From Candidatus Eiseniibacteriota bacterium (GTDB lineage: Bacteria; Eisenbacteria; RBG-16-71-46), in NCBI GenBank assembly GCA_963707915.1, contig OY970178.1:1504001-1568000 (forward strand): 64,000 nt of DNA. Direction: 5' to 3'. The first letter of the stretch is position 1, and every line of letters starts with the position of its first letter. Shown piece after piece: positions 1 through 9,903 of this stretch. The notes under the pieces are model-generated. The model had not been told where the DNA came from, made no database searches, and saw only the letters and a program-made list of their open reading frames with translations. The position numbers and the translations under genes were made by a program.

Positions 1-126
1 GCGGTCGGGCGGCGATTCGAAACGCACCCCGGGGTAGCGGCGGGCCAGGTCCGCGACCAGCCGGGCGGGCAGCGTCCAGACGCCCTCCGGGTCGCGGATG
101 TATTCGAGCACGGTGATCCGCTCCAT
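1..126 (-). CDS. Partial gene (N-terminus only), probably a D-2-hydroxyacid dehydrogenase-family protein
   Basis: ATG at 126 reads MERITVLEYIRDPEGVWTLPARLVADLARRYPGVRFESPPDR and runs off the window; family guessed from the N-terminus only. Confidence 0.4.
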   Translation of the reverse strand, partial: MERITVLEYIRDPEGVWTLPARLVADLARRYPGVRFESPPDR

Positions 127-305
127 GGCTCCGGATGGTGCCACACGGAGTGGGCGGCTTGCACGCGCGTCCGGCCCCGCGCGGCCGGGGGCCATCGACC
201 GCCCGGGCGAGGCCAGGCCCACTTGCGCAGGCGAGTCGGCGTGGCTACAGTCCCGCAGACCGGTCGTCTTCTACACGCCTATCTCTTCGGAGGATATCGC
301 CGCCC

Positions 306-1214
306 ATGAGCGCGCGCGCCGCGTCATCCGCCCTGATCCTGTCGCTGCTGATCGCCCCCGGCTTCCTCCGCCCGGCCCAGGCCGGGCCCTGGCTGCCTGC
401 GCCGGGCGACTACTACACCGAATTGCGCGGCGGGCTGCTCACCGCCGACACCTACCGCGACGACGCCGGGAACCGTGCCCTCCTCGGCGGCAAGTGGGAG
501 GAGCGCTCGCTCCTCGGCACCGTCGAACTGGGCTGGAAGAAGCGCCTGAGCGTCGTGATGGGTGTGCCGTTCATCGGCGTGACCCGCATGGACGATGCCG
601 GGAGCGCCGTCACCAGCACGGGCCTCGAGGACTTCCGCGGCGGGCTTCGCGTGGGCCTCCTGCAGGGTCCCACGGCCCTGGCGCTGGCGCTCGATTTCCA
701 GGCGCCGCTGGGCTACGACCGGGACCTGTCGCTGCTCGCCGATCCGCTGCGCGGCGGCGCGATGCAGCAGGTCTCCTCCTCCCTCCAGTACGGCACGCGG
801 CTGGCGAAGCGTGGCTTCCTGCAGGTCGGGGCCGGCGGGGCGTACCGCTACTCCTCGAAGGTCGGCAGGGCCCTCGCCGACGTGCCGGACGCCGCCAGCG
901 AGACGCGCAGCACCCTGTTCCTCGCCTCGGCCGACCTCGGCCTGTGGCTGACGCGCTCGCTCCTGCTGTGCGGCCGCTACTCCGGAGCGACCACGCTGTC
1001 GCACGGAGCGCTGGCCCAGGACCGCGCGACGCACCTGGCGGGCCCGGAGCTGGTGTGGCGGGTGGACGACCGGCTCGACCTCGCGGCGGGTTCGTGGTCC
1101 ACGGCGATGGGGAAGAACACGCTTCACTTCGACCAGCTGTACGTCGCCCTGATTCTCAAGCAGACCCGGCTGAACCGGCTGCAGGGCTTCCTCGGCGGTA
1201 CCAAGGCTCCCTGA
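306..1214 (+). CDS. Secreted/outer-membrane beta-barrel-like hypothetical protein
   Basis: Signal-peptide-like MSARAASSALILSLLIAPGFLRPAQA; alternating hydrophobic beta-strand pattern; ATG 306 is in the 135..1214 frame. Confidence 0.6.
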   Translation: MSARAASSALILSLLIAPGFLRPAQAGPWLPAPGDYYTELRGGLLTADTYRDDAGNRALLGGKWEERSLLGTVELGWKKRLSVVMGVPFIGVTRMDDAGSAVTSTGLEDFRGGLRVGLLQGPTALALALDFQAPLGYDRDLSLLADPLRGGAMQQVSSSLQYGTRLAKRGFLQVGAGGAYRYSSKVGRALADVPDAASETRSTLFLASADLGLWLTRSLLLCGRYSGATTLSHGALAQDRATHLAGPELVWRVDDRLDLAAGSWSTAMGKNTLHFDQLYVALILKQTRLNRLQGFLGGTKAP

Positions 1215-1339
1215 GGGGATCCGCCCCGCCAGGGCGGATCGCTTCGCTCCGGGCGGAGAGCCCGGCCGGAAACCGTGGACCCTTCGCCCCGGTCGCGGGC
1301 CGGTTCCGCCGGCCGGCCGGGCCCTGAGGAGGACCGCCC

Positions 1340-3097
1340 ATCCTTGACCTGAGGCTGCGCCTCCTCCCCTACCTCGCGCGCTACCGGCGCGGCCTGGCGT
1401 GGGGGCTGGCGTGCGTGGCGCTCGCCGACCTGGTCGCCCTCACCCAGCCGCAGGTCCTGCGCCTCGCGGTGGACGACCTCTACCGCGGCGTCACGGCGGA
1501 GAAGCTCGGCCGCTACGCCCTCCTGCTGCTCGGCATCGCGGTGATCGCGGGCGTCTTCAAGTTCTGGATGCGCCAGGCGGTGATCGGCATCTCGCGCCAC
1601 GTCGAGTACGACCTCCGCAACGACCTCTTCGCGCACCTCGAGCGGCTGCCGATCGAGTATTTCCAGCGCGGACGCACCGGCGACCTGATGTCCCGGACCA
1701 CGAACGACCTCGCGGCCGTCCGCATGATGCTGGGACCGGGCCTGATGTACTCCGTCAACACCCTCGTGACGGCGCTGGCGTCGATGGGGTTCATGCTCGC
1801 GATCAACCCGCGGCTCACCGCGCTCGCGCTGCTGCCGCTGCCGCTGGTCTCGCTCACCGTCTGGTACTTCGGCGACCGCATCCACCGCCGCTTCGAGGAG
1901 ATCCAGGCGTACTTCTCCTCGCTCTCGGCGCACGCCCAGGAGAACCTGGCGGGCGTGCGGGTGGTGCGGGCCTTCGCCCGCGAGGAGCGCGAGCTCGAGG
2001 ACTTCCGCGCGCTCAACCAGGGGTACCTCGAGCGCAATCTCCGGCTGATCCACACGTCGGGGCTGTTCTACCCGATGCTCGCGTTCCTCTCCGGACTGGC
2101 GGCGCTGCTGGTGCTCTACCTCGGGGGGCGCGAGGTCGTGGCCGGCCGCATCACGCTCGGCCAGTTCGTGGCGTTCACGGTGTACATCGGCATGCTGAAC
2201 TGGCCGATGGTGGCGCTGGGCTGGGTCATCAACATCTTCCAGCGCGGCCTCGCGTCGTGGGAGCGCATCGTCGACGTGCTCGACGTCCCGCCGGTGGCCG
2301 CCGGTGGCCGGGCCGCCGCCGGGGCGCGCCCCGCGCCCGCCGTGGCCCGCGGCGAGGTGGAGTTCCGCCACGTCACCTTCACCTACCCGGGCGCGACGCG
2401 CCCGGCCCTGAGCGACGTGAGCTTCCGCGTGCCCGCCGGGCGGACCGTGGCACTGGTCGGGCGCACGGGCTCGGGCAAGAGCACGCTGCTCGCGCTGCTC
2501 GGCCGCACGTTCGAGCCGCCGCCGGGCACGGTGTTCCTGGACGGCGTGGACGTCCGCGACTACGACCTGCACGCGCTGCGCGAGAACCTGGCGGTGGCGC
2601 CGCAGGACACCTTCCTGTTCTCCACCACGGTGGCCGCGAACATCGCCTACGGGGTCCCGCACGAGGACCGCGAGGCCGTCGAGCGCGCGGCCCGGGTCGC
2701 GCATCTCGACGGCGACGTGCGCGCCTTCCCCCTGGGCTTCGACACCCTGGTGGGCGAGCGCGGCATCACCCTCTCGGGGGGGCAGCGACAGCGCGCGGCC
2801 ATCGCCCGCGCCGTCCTGCGGGACGCGCCCGTGCTGATGCTGGACGACTGCCTCTCGAGCGTGGACACCCAGACCGAGGAGGCGGTGCTGCACGGCCTGC
2901 GCGACGCGAGCGCCGGGCGCACCACGCTCATCGTCTCGCACCGGGTGAGCACGGTGCGGGACGCCGACGAGATCGTGGTGCTGGAGGACGGCGCGGTCGC
3001 CGAGCGCGGCACGCACGAGCGGCTGCTGGAGCTGGACGGCCGCTACGCCGCGCTCCACCGCCGCCAGCAGCTGGAAGAGGAGCTCGAGGCCTCGTGA
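1340..3097 (+). CDS. ABC exporter, fused TMD-NBD (MdlA/MsbA-like, subunit 1)
   Basis: Walker A GRTGSGKST, signature LSGGQRQR, Walker B LMLDDCLSSVD; frame stays open to TGA 1325; start probably ATC 1340 after GAGGAGGA (ORF track starts at GTG 1415). Confidence 0.92.
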   Translation: MLDLRLRLLPYLARYRRGLAWGLACVALADLVALTQPQVLRLAVDDLYRGVTAEKLGRYALLLLGIAVIAGVFKFWMRQAVIGISRHVEYDLRNDLFAHLERLPIEYFQRGRTGDLMSRTTNDLAAVRMMLGPGLMYSVNTLVTALASMGFMLAINPRLTALALLPLPLVSLTVWYFGDRIHRRFEEIQAYFSSLSAHAQENLAGVRVVRAFAREERELEDFRALNQGYLERNLRLIHTSGLFYPMLAFLSGLAALLVLYLGGREVVAGRITLGQFVAFTVYIGMLNWPMVALGWVINIFQRGLASWERIVDVLDVPPVAAGGRAAAGARPAPAVARGEVEFRHVTFTYPGATRPALSDVSFRVPAGRTVALVGRTGSGKSTLLALLGRTFEPPPGTVFLDGVDVRDYDLHALRENLAVAPQDTFLFSTTVAANIAYGVPHEDREAVERAARVAHLDGDVRAFPLGFDTLVGERGITLSGGQRQRAAIARAVLRDAPVLMLDDCLSSVDTQTEEAVLHGLRDASAGRTTLIVSHRVSTVRDADEIVVLEDGAVAERGTHERLLELDGRYAALHRRQQLEEELEAS

Positions 3098-4968
3098 CCC
3101 CGCTCCAGGAGGAGGAGGCCTCGGGCCGGGGCTACGACCACCGCCTCATGCGGCGGCTGCTGGGGTACCTGCGCCCCTACCGCGGACAGGTGTGGCTCGC
3201 CGGGGCGGTCGTGATGGTCGACGCCCTGGCGCAGCTCGCCGGCCCGATGCTGACCAAGGAGGCGATCGACCGCGGCATCCGCCGCCACGACCTGGTGCGC
3301 CTGGACCAGGTGGCGGTGCTCTACCTCGCGGTGCTGCTGGTCAGCTTCGGCCTGGGCTACGTGCAGAACCAGATCATGCAGCGCGTGGGCCAGCGCGTGA
3401 TGATGGACCTGCGCGTGGCGATCTTCCGCCAGCTGCAGCGCCTGCCGCTCTCCTTCTTCGACCGCAACCCCGTCGGCCGGCTGATGACGCGCGTCACGAA
3501 CGACGTGGACGTGCTGAACGAGCTCGTCACCGCCGGCGTGGTCGCGCTGTTCGCCAACGTGTTCGCGCTGGTGGGCATCCTCGTCGTGATGTGGCGGCTG
3601 AACGCGGAGTTGCTGGGCGTGGCGTTCTCGGTCGTGCCCCTCATCTTCCTGGTGACGCTGACGTTCCGCATCAAGGTGCGCCGCTCGTTCCGCGACGTGC
3701 GCACGCGCCTGGCGCACCTCAACGCCTTCCTCAACGAGAACCTGACCGGCATGGCGACCGTGCAGCTGCTGAACCGCCAGGAGCGCAACCACGCGGAGTT
3801 CCGCGCCGTCAACGCCGGGCACCGGGACGCGAACCTGCAGGCGAACTTCTACCACGCCATCTTCTTCCCGGTGCTGGAACTGGTCAGCGCCCTCGCGGTC
3901 TCGCTCATCGTCTGGTACGGCGGCCGCCAGGTCATGTGGACGGGGATCACGCTGGGGACCCTGGTGGCCTTCATCCAGTACACGCAGCGCTTCTTCCGCC
4001 CCATCTCGGACCTGAGCGAGAAGTACAACATCCTGCAGCAGGCCATGGCCTCCTCGGAGCGCATCTTCGACCTGCTCGACACGCCGGCCGACCCGGCCGC
4101 CGCGCCGCCCGCGGCGGGCGGACCGGCGGGGCCGGACCGGCCCGGCGAGGGGGCCTTCCGCGGACGGATCGAGTTCGACGGCGTCACGTTCGCCTACGAC
4201 GGCGAGACCCGGGTGCTCGAGGACGTCTCCTTCGTGGTCGAGCCCGGCGAGAAGGTCGCCCTGGTCGGGGCCACGGGCTCGGGCAAGACCACGGCGGTGA
4301 GCCTGCTGATGGGCTTCTACCAGCCGCAACACGGCGTCATCCGCGTCGACGGCCGCCCGCTGGCGGAATGGGACATCCGCGGGCTGCGGCGGCACATCGG
4401 GCTCGTGCTGCAGGATCCCTTCCTGTTCTCGGGCAGCATCGCCTCGAACCTGGCGCTGGCCGACGCCACGCTGCCGCGAGAGTCCATCGTGCGGGCCGCG
4501 CGCGAGGTGCACGCCGACCGCTTCATCGAGCGCCTGCCGGGCGGCTACGACGCCGAGGTGCACGAGCGCGGCGCGACCTTCTCGGCGGGCGAGCGCCAGT
4601 TGCTGGCCTTCGCCCGGGCCCTGGCCGCCGACCCCGGCGTGCTGGTGCTGGACGAGGCGACCTCCTCGGTGGACACCCAGACCGAGGCCCTCATCCAGGA
4701 CGGCCTGCGCCGCCTCATGAGCGGGCGGACCTCGCTGGTGATCGCGCACCGGCTCTCCACCATCCAGGACGTGGACCGCATCGTGGTGCTGCACCACGGA
4801 CGCGTGCGCGAGATGGGGAGCCACGCGGACCTGCTGGCGCGCGGTGGCATCTACGCAAGGCTCTACCAGCTCCAGTACCTCGGCGACCGCAGCCTGCGCG
4901 CGGCGGCAGGCCCCGGGCCCGGGCCCCGGGCCGCGTCCGCCGTTGACACCGGGAACCTCGCGCCCTAG
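3094..4968 (+). CDS. ABC exporter, fused TMD-NBD (MdlB-like, subunit 2)
   Basis: GTGA overlap with the upstream gene; GATGSGKTT, FSAGERQL, LVLDEATSSVD, IAHRLSTI. Confidence 0.93.
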   Translation: MTPLQEEEASGRGYDHRLMRRLLGYLRPYRGQVWLAGAVVMVDALAQLAGPMLTKEAIDRGIRRHDLVRLDQVAVLYLAVLLVSFGLGYVQNQIMQRVGQRVMMDLRVAIFRQLQRLPLSFFDRNPVGRLMTRVTNDVDVLNELVTAGVVALFANVFALVGILVVMWRLNAELLGVAFSVVPLIFLVTLTFRIKVRRSFRDVRTRLAHLNAFLNENLTGMATVQLLNRQERNHAEFRAVNAGHRDANLQANFYHAIFFPVLELVSALAVSLIVWYGGRQVMWTGITLGTLVAFIQYTQRFFRPISDLSEKYNILQQAMASSERIFDLLDTPADPAAAPPAAGGPAGPDRPGEGAFRGRIEFDGVTFAYDGETRVLEDVSFVVEPGEKVALVGATGSGKTTAVSLLMGFYQPQHGVIRVDGRPLAEWDIRGLRRHIGLVLQDPFLFSGSIASNLALADATLPRESIVRAAREVHADRFIERLPGGYDAEVHERGATFSAGERQLLAFARALAADPGVLVLDEATSSVDTQTEALIQDGLRRLMSGRTSLVIAHRLSTIQDVDRIVVLHHGRVREMGSHADLLARGGIYARLYQLQYLGDRSLRAAAGPGPGPRAASAVDTGNLAP

Positions 4969-4971
4969 CCT
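4943..4971 (+). promoter_or_regulatory. Sigma70-type promoter of the XRE regulator
   Basis: TTGACA (4943-4948), 17-nt spacer, TAGCCT (4966-4971). Confidence 0.55.
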
Positions 4972-5018
4972 GCGTACAGGATCGACCTTCTCCTCACCGA
5001 ACCACAGGGAATGTGACC

Positions 5019-5630
5019 ATGCAGCTCGGCCGAAAGATCAGGGACCTGCGCCTGCGCCGCGGCCTCACGGTCCAGAAGCTCGCCGACGCGACCCACCTGT
5101 CCAAGGGCTTCATCAGCCAGGTGGAGAACGACCGCACCTCGCCCTCGCTGACCACCCTGCGTGCGCTCGCCGGGGCCCTGCGGACGTCGATGGCCTACCT
5201 CGTCGTCGAGGACGACCCGACCCTGCACGTGGTGCGCGCGGCGGAGCGTCCGCTGGCCCCGTCCGACGGCGACGCGACGCGGATCGAGGTGCTGTCCGCC
5301 CTGCCGAAGCGCAACCTCGAGCTGCTCGTCCTGCAGCTGCCGGCGGGCCTGCCGCCCGGGGGACAGCGCCACTCCCACCCCGGCGAGGAGTGCCTCCTGT
5401 GCGTCGAGGGGCGCGTGCGCGTGCAGCACGGGGAGCGGGAGCTGGTGCTCGAGACCGGTGATTCCTGCCACTTCGACGGCCGCGTCCCGCATTCGACCGA
5501 GAACCTGGGCCCCGCCCCGGCGCGGCTGCTCAGTGCGATGACGCCGGCGGCGATCGAGCCGGTCCCGCGCGTGGACGGGACGCCGGCCGCGCCGCAGGGC
5601 GAGCCCGTGGAGACGCCGACCTCGGGATAG
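5019..5630 (+). CDS. XRE-family HTH transcriptional regulator with cupin domain
   Basis: LGRKIRDLRLRRGLTVQKLA..SKGFISQVEND..SPSL HTH; cupin HSHPGEE..LETGDSCHFDGRVPHSTEN. Confidence 0.92.
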   Translation: MQLGRKIRDLRLRRGLTVQKLADATHLSKGFISQVENDRTSPSLTTLRALAGALRTSMAYLVVEDDPTLHVVRAAERPLAPSDGDATRIEVLSALPKRNLELLVLQLPAGLPPGGQRHSHPGEECLLCVEGRVRVQHGERELVLETGDSCHFDGRVPHSTENLGPAPARLLSAMTPAAIEPVPRVDGTPAAPQGEPVETPTSG

Positions 5631-5704
5631 GTTGCGCGCCGCGGCGCACATGCCTACGGTGAGACGTCGACTCCACGCAGGAGGCCGCTTCCCTGGAGGC
5701 AACC

Positions 5705-6079
5705 ATGATGCGCTTCCTCTTGCTGGTCCTGTTCGCCTTCGCGCTGTGGTACGGCTGGCAGCACCGGGGCGAGCTGCTCAACCGGCGCTCGGGCCACGAG
5801 GCCGTGGTCGAGAACATGAGCGGCCGCGAGATGACGCGCGTGCGCGTCAGCGTCGGCGGCCAGACCTTCGTGAAGGAATCGATCCCCGACGGCGAGAAGG
5901 CCGTATTCCCGTTCCGCGTGGCCGCCGACGCCACGTTCGAGCTGGTCTGGCGCTTCGCCGGCGCCGCGAACGACCGTTCCTGGTCGGGCGGCATGGTGCC
6001 CCGGGGGCCCATGCTCCAGCGGCACATCATGACCGTGGACGCGGACGGGACGGTCTTCTACCGGCCGGAGAACAAGTAG
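5705..6079 (+). CDS. Small membrane-anchored hypothetical protein
   Basis: GGAGG RBS; N-terminal hydrophobic helix MRFLLLVLFAFALWYGW; host-like codon usage. Confidence 0.75.
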   Translation: MMRFLLLVLFAFALWYGWQHRGELLNRRSGHEAVVENMSGREMTRVRVSVGGQTFVKESIPDGEKAVFPFRVAADATFELVWRFAGAANDRSWSGGMVPRGPMLQRHIMTVDADGTVFYRPENK

Positions 6080-6145
6080 GCGCGTCGGGGCCGGACGGCG
6101 CAGGGCTGAACGCCGGGTTGACGCGGGGGCCGGAGGCCGGGCGGC

Positions 6146-6218
6146 GCGGGGGCCGGGGACCACGGTGGGGCGAGCGCATGGTGCCTCTGCTCGCCCCACC
6201 GTGGTCCCCGGCCCCCGC
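6146..6218. repeat. REP-like palindromic element, copy 1
   Basis: Perfect 30-bp inverted repeat GCGGGGGCCGGGGACCACGGTGGGGCGAGC around the loop GCATGGTGCCTCT, between convergent genes. Confidence 0.85.
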
Positions 6219-6241
6219 TGCTCGGCGCCTGTCCTGCCGGG

Positions 6242-7984
6242 CTACGCGACCGCGCTCGTCTTCTTCTCGGCGGTCTCGGCGGAGAGGTTCTGGCGCCGGA
6301 TCTTCCCCGTGGTGGTCTTGGCGAACTCCTCGCGCCGCACGATGACGCGCTTCACCCGCTTGTAGGGCGCCAGCAACTGGCAGCGCGTCTCCACCTCCCG
6401 GCGCAGCGCCTCCTCGGCGTACGCCTCGTCGAACGCACGGCCCTGGCTGCGGGCCAGCGCCCCGAGCGCCTGGAAGTCCGGGAACACGTGGGCGTGCACC
6501 TCCTCGCGCTCGCCGCGCGCGTCGCGCCCCCCCACCACCACGACCTCGAGGATGTAGGGCGAGTTGCCGAGGTGGATCTCGACCTCCTCGGGGTAGATCT
6601 TCTTCCCGGCGGCGGTCGCGATCATGTTCTTCACGCGACCGGTGATCTTCAGCCGGCCGTCGGAGAGGATGCGTCCCAGGTCCCCGGTCAGGAACCAGCC
6701 GTCGCGCAGCACCTCGGCCGTGGCCTGCGGATTGCCGTAGTAACCGAGCATCACGTTGGGACCGCGCACCATGATCTCGCCGTCGCCCTCGGCGTCCGGC
6801 TGGTCGATGCGCACCTCGATGCCCGGGAGCGGGTGCCCCACGCCGGCGGGCTCCGGCCGGTCCGTGCGGTTGGCCGCCACCACGGGCGAGCACTCGGTCA
6901 GCCCGTACCCCTCGGCCACCGGGATGCCGAGGTTGACGAAGCCCCAGAACACGCCGCGGGGCAGCGCGGCCGCACCCGAGACGAACAGGCGCATGCGCCC
7001 CAGGCCGGCCTTCGCGCGCAACGGCCGGAGCAGCCGCGCGCCGAGGCGCGCGCCGGTCAGCCGGCTCGCCAGCCACACCACGAGGAGCAGCCCCTTCACC
7101 AGCAGCCGGCTCCCCAGCGGCGCATCGGCGATGCCGCGACGGATGGCGGCGAGCAGCTTCTCGTAGAGCAGCGGCACGCCCACCAGGATGGTCGCCTGCG
7201 CGGTGCGCAGGTCCTCGCGCAACTCGTTCGACTTGAGCCCGCGGGCGTAGGCCACGCTCCCGCCCCCGCGCAGCGGCACCAGGAAGCCGATCGTGGTCTC
7301 GAAGGTGTGGTGGAGCGGCAGCACCGAGAGCATGCGGTCGGCCGGCCCGTAGGGGATCGCGCTCATCAGGGCCTCGACGTTGTGCAGCAGGTTCGAGTGC
7401 GACAGCATCACCGCCTTGGCCTGCCCGGTCGTGCCCGAGGTGAAGAGCAGCACCGCCAGGTCGTCGGGCGCGGCGCGCTCGGGGCGCGGACGCTCGTCGG
7501 GGAAGCGCTCCAGCCCCGCGGACCAGGAGGGCAGGTCGTCGGACGGGTCGAGCGAGAACAGCCGCAGGCCGGGCAGGCGCGAGTCCCGCGCGCGTTCCAC
7601 CACCGGGCGCTGCCGGGCGCTCACCACGCAGAAGCGCGCCCCGGACTGGACGAGGATCTCGCCCACCTCCTGCTCCTTGAGCAGCGCGTCCAGCGGCACG
7701 ACCACCGCCCCCGCCTCGAGCGCGGCCAGGTAGGCCAGTCCCCACTCCGGGCGGTTCTCGCTCTGGATGGCGACGCGGTCGCCGGGCTTCACACCCTCCT
7801 GCTCGAGCAGCGCCGTGAAGGCGTGCATGCGGCGCGCGGCCTCGGAGAAGGTCCAGGGCTCCCAGCCCGCCGGCGTCCAGCGCAGGAGGAAGGAGGCCTC
7901 GCCGTAGCGCCGGGCCGCGAAATCCGCGAGTTGCGGCAGGAGGCGAACGACGGGCCGGGGCGGGCTCTGCGAGACCGAAGGCAC
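6242..7984 (-). CDS. Long-chain fatty acid--CoA ligase (AMP-binding)
   Basis: FTSGTTGQAKAV, EGYGLTECSP, GWFLTGDLG, TGRVKNMI. Confidence 0.92.
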   Translation of the reverse strand: MPSVSQSPPRPVVRLLPQLADFAARRYGEASFLLRWTPAGWEPWTFSEAARRMHAFTALLEQEGVKPGDRVAIQSENRPEWGLAYLAALEAGAVVVPLDALLKEQEVGEILVQSGARFCVVSARQRPVVERARDSRLPGLRLFSLDPSDDLPSWSAGLERFPDERPRPERAAPDDLAVLLFTSGTTGQAKAVMLSHSNLLHNVEALMSAIPYGPADRMLSVLPLHHTFETTIGFLVPLRGGGSVAYARGLKSNELREDLRTAQATILVGVPLLYEKLLAAIRRGIADAPLGSRLLVKGLLLVVWLASRLTGARLGARLLRPLRAKAGLGRMRLFVSGAAALPRGVFWGFVNLGIPVAEGYGLTECSPVVAANRTDRPEPAGVGHPLPGIEVRIDQPDAEGDGEIMVRGPNVMLGYYGNPQATAEVLRDGWFLTGDLGRILSDGRLKITGRVKNMIATAAGKKIYPEEVEIHLGNSPYILEVVVVGGRDARGEREEVHAHVFPDFQALGALARSQGRAFDEAYAEEALRREVETRCQLLAPYKRVKRVIVRREEFAKTTTGKIRRQNLSAETAEKKTSAVA

Positions 7985-8017
7985 GAAGCCGAAATTAGCA
8001 TCGGCTTCTGAAGAGGG

Positions 8018-8731
8018 TCAAGGGGCGATGCGCGCCACCACCACGTGCGTCACGACCTCGTTCGAGCCCGACCACAGCCGGTCCATCAGCTCGGCGAACG
8101 ACTGCACGAGCACGTAGAGCAGGCGCACGGGCAACTCGGTGAGGAACCGCCGCCGGCCCCGGTTGAGGCGGTTGAGCCAGCCCAGGACGGAGAGCCCGAC
8201 GTAGCCGGGCAGCCGCCCCAGCGGGAGGACCTCGACCGGCTCGAGCCCGGCGTCCGCCAGCAGCCGCTCCACGCCGGGCCGCGTGAAGCGCCACATATCC
8301 GGCGAGCCCCGGTAGACCGGCACGGTCTGCACGAACTCGACGATGAGCACCCCGCCCGGGGCCAGGACGCGCCTCATCTCCGCGAGCGCCCGGACGGGCT
8401 CGCGCACCAGGTCCATCACCGACAGGCTCAGCACGGTGTCCACGCTGCCGGTGCGGATCGGCAGGCAGGAGGCGTCCCCGAAGACGTCGGGGCGGGCGCT
8501 GTGGTACTCGGGGGAACCGGGCAGGTCCAGCCCCAGGTAGCGCTCGGCGAAGCCGCGGAACAGCGGCGCGAACGGCCGCGAGCCGCACCCCACGTCGAGC
8601 AGCGTGCCGTGCGCGTGGCGGCGGGCGCGCTCGAGCCCGCTCACCAGCTTGTGGTTGGCGAGCCAGTTGTAGCGCCACACCGACCAGCGGCCGCAGGGCA
8701 GCCGGCCGTCGAACCCCGCGCCCGGGCTCAC
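8018..8731 (-). CDS. Class I SAM-dependent methyltransferase (Methyltransf_11-like)
   Basis: LLDVGCGSRP motif I, ALAEMRRVLAPGG; GTG 8731 overlaps the upstream stop (GTGA). Confidence 0.85.
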   Translation of the reverse strand: MSPGAGFDGRLPCGRWSVWRYNWLANHKLVSGLERARRHAHGTLLDVGCGSRPFAPLFRGFAERYLGLDLPGSPEYHSARPDVFGDASCLPIRTGSVDTVLSLSVMDLVREPVRALAEMRRVLAPGGVLIVEFVQTVPVYRGSPDMWRFTRPGVERLLADAGLEPVEVLPLGRLPGYVGLSVLGWLNRLNRGRRRFLTELPVRLLYVLVQSFAELMDRLWSGSNEVVTHVVVARIAP

Positions 8732-9798
8732 CCGGGCCTCCGCCCGCCCGCGGCCAGGTCGCGCACCTTCGCATCGGTCAGGAACACGGCGCCATCCTCG
8801 CACAGCCCGCGCAGCAAGTCGCGCAGCGCCGCACGGCCGGCCGCGGACCAGGCGGGGTCGAGGTGCGCGTAGTTGTGGCGGTGGCTGCTCACGACCGCGG
8901 GCCGTCCGAGGCCCCACGCGGCGCGCGCCGAGGCCCGCGCCCGCGCGGCGCCCAGGCGCGACCCGGGCGCGGCGTCGCCGCGCGGCTCGAAGGCGATGCG
9001 CGGCGGCATGCGCAGGAGCCCGCCGCTGCGCTCCGGCCAGCGCCAGCCGTGCCACAGGCGACGCAGCCGCGGCCAGCGGCCGGCGTGCTCGGCGGCGCCC
9101 TGCAGGACGGTCGCGCCCAGCCGGGAGGCCTGCGCCTCGAGCACCCGGTCCCAGCGGTAGTCGGGCGGGCACAGGGACGCTGGCGGGCGGCCGAAGCGCC
9201 GCGCGAAGAGCGCGAACGCCTGTTCGAGGGAGCGCGTCCGGAGGGCCTCGGGCTCGGACGCGTCGTACTCGCCGCTCGCCTCGACCGCCTCGCAGACCGG
9301 GCACTGCTGGGCGAGGGCCAGCCGCGCGTCGGCGTCGCCGCGCCGCAGGGCATCCAGCCAGGCCCGCGCCGGCAGGTGGTGCAGGCCGTGGAGCTCGGGC
9401 CACCAGACCCCTGCCGCGATGCTCTCCCGCACCTCGTCCCACAGCCCCTCGCGCCGCCAGCGCGAGGGCGCCTCGGGGTGGACCGCGAGCGGCAGCGCGT
9501 CGGCCACGAAGCCCTCCCGGGCCAGCCGTTCGAAGTCGGGCGAGGCCATCACCGTATTGGCCTGCCACACCGGCGGGGCGCCGTCGGCGCCGCGGAACTC
9601 GAGCAGCGTCTCGCGCAGTGCGCGCACGTCGGCCGCGCTCTCGAGGGTGGAGCGGCCGTAGACGCGCCCGGCCGCGCTCGCGAAGGCGGGGGTCGAGGCC
9701 AGCGCCCGGTGCGCGGCCTCGTCCGCCGACCAGGCGCAGAGTCCCCAGTCGTCGCTCTCGAGGACGACCGCCCGCAGGCGGCCCCAGTCGGTTCTCAC
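8728..9798 (-). CDS. Hypothetical protein, possibly polysaccharide deacetylase/NodB-like fold
   Basis: ESDDWG and ELHGLHH putative metal motifs, CPPDYRW, SSHRHNY. Confidence 0.6.
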   Translation of the reverse strand: MRTDWGRLRAVVLESDDWGLCAWSADEAAHRALASTPAFASAAGRVYGRSTLESAADVRALRETLLEFRGADGAPPVWQANTVMASPDFERLAREGFVADALPLAVHPEAPSRWRREGLWDEVRESIAAGVWWPELHGLHHLPARAWLDALRRGDADARLALAQQCPVCEAVEASGEYDASEPEALRTRSLEQAFALFARRFGRPPASLCPPDYRWDRVLEAQASRLGATVLQGAAEHAGRWPRLRRLWHGWRWPERSGGLLRMPPRIAFEPRGDAAPGSRLGAARARASARAAWGLGRPAVVSSHRHNYAHLDPAWSAAGRAALRDLLRGLCEDGAVFLTDAKVRDLAAGGRRPG

Positions 9799-9903
9799 GT
9801 GCGGCCCTCGTTCATGGCAGGAGGCGGACTATAGCACGGGGTTCGCGCGTCCGTGCCCGCCGATGCTTGCGTCGCGCCGCGACGCCATGCCAAGGTCACC
9901 CGC

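Noticed and set aside
1399..4968. 1189-aa ORF suggesting one giant ABC protein
   Set aside because: The N-terminal half is an Arg/Pro/Gly-rich shadow frame of the first ABC gene; the real second gene starts at GTG 3094
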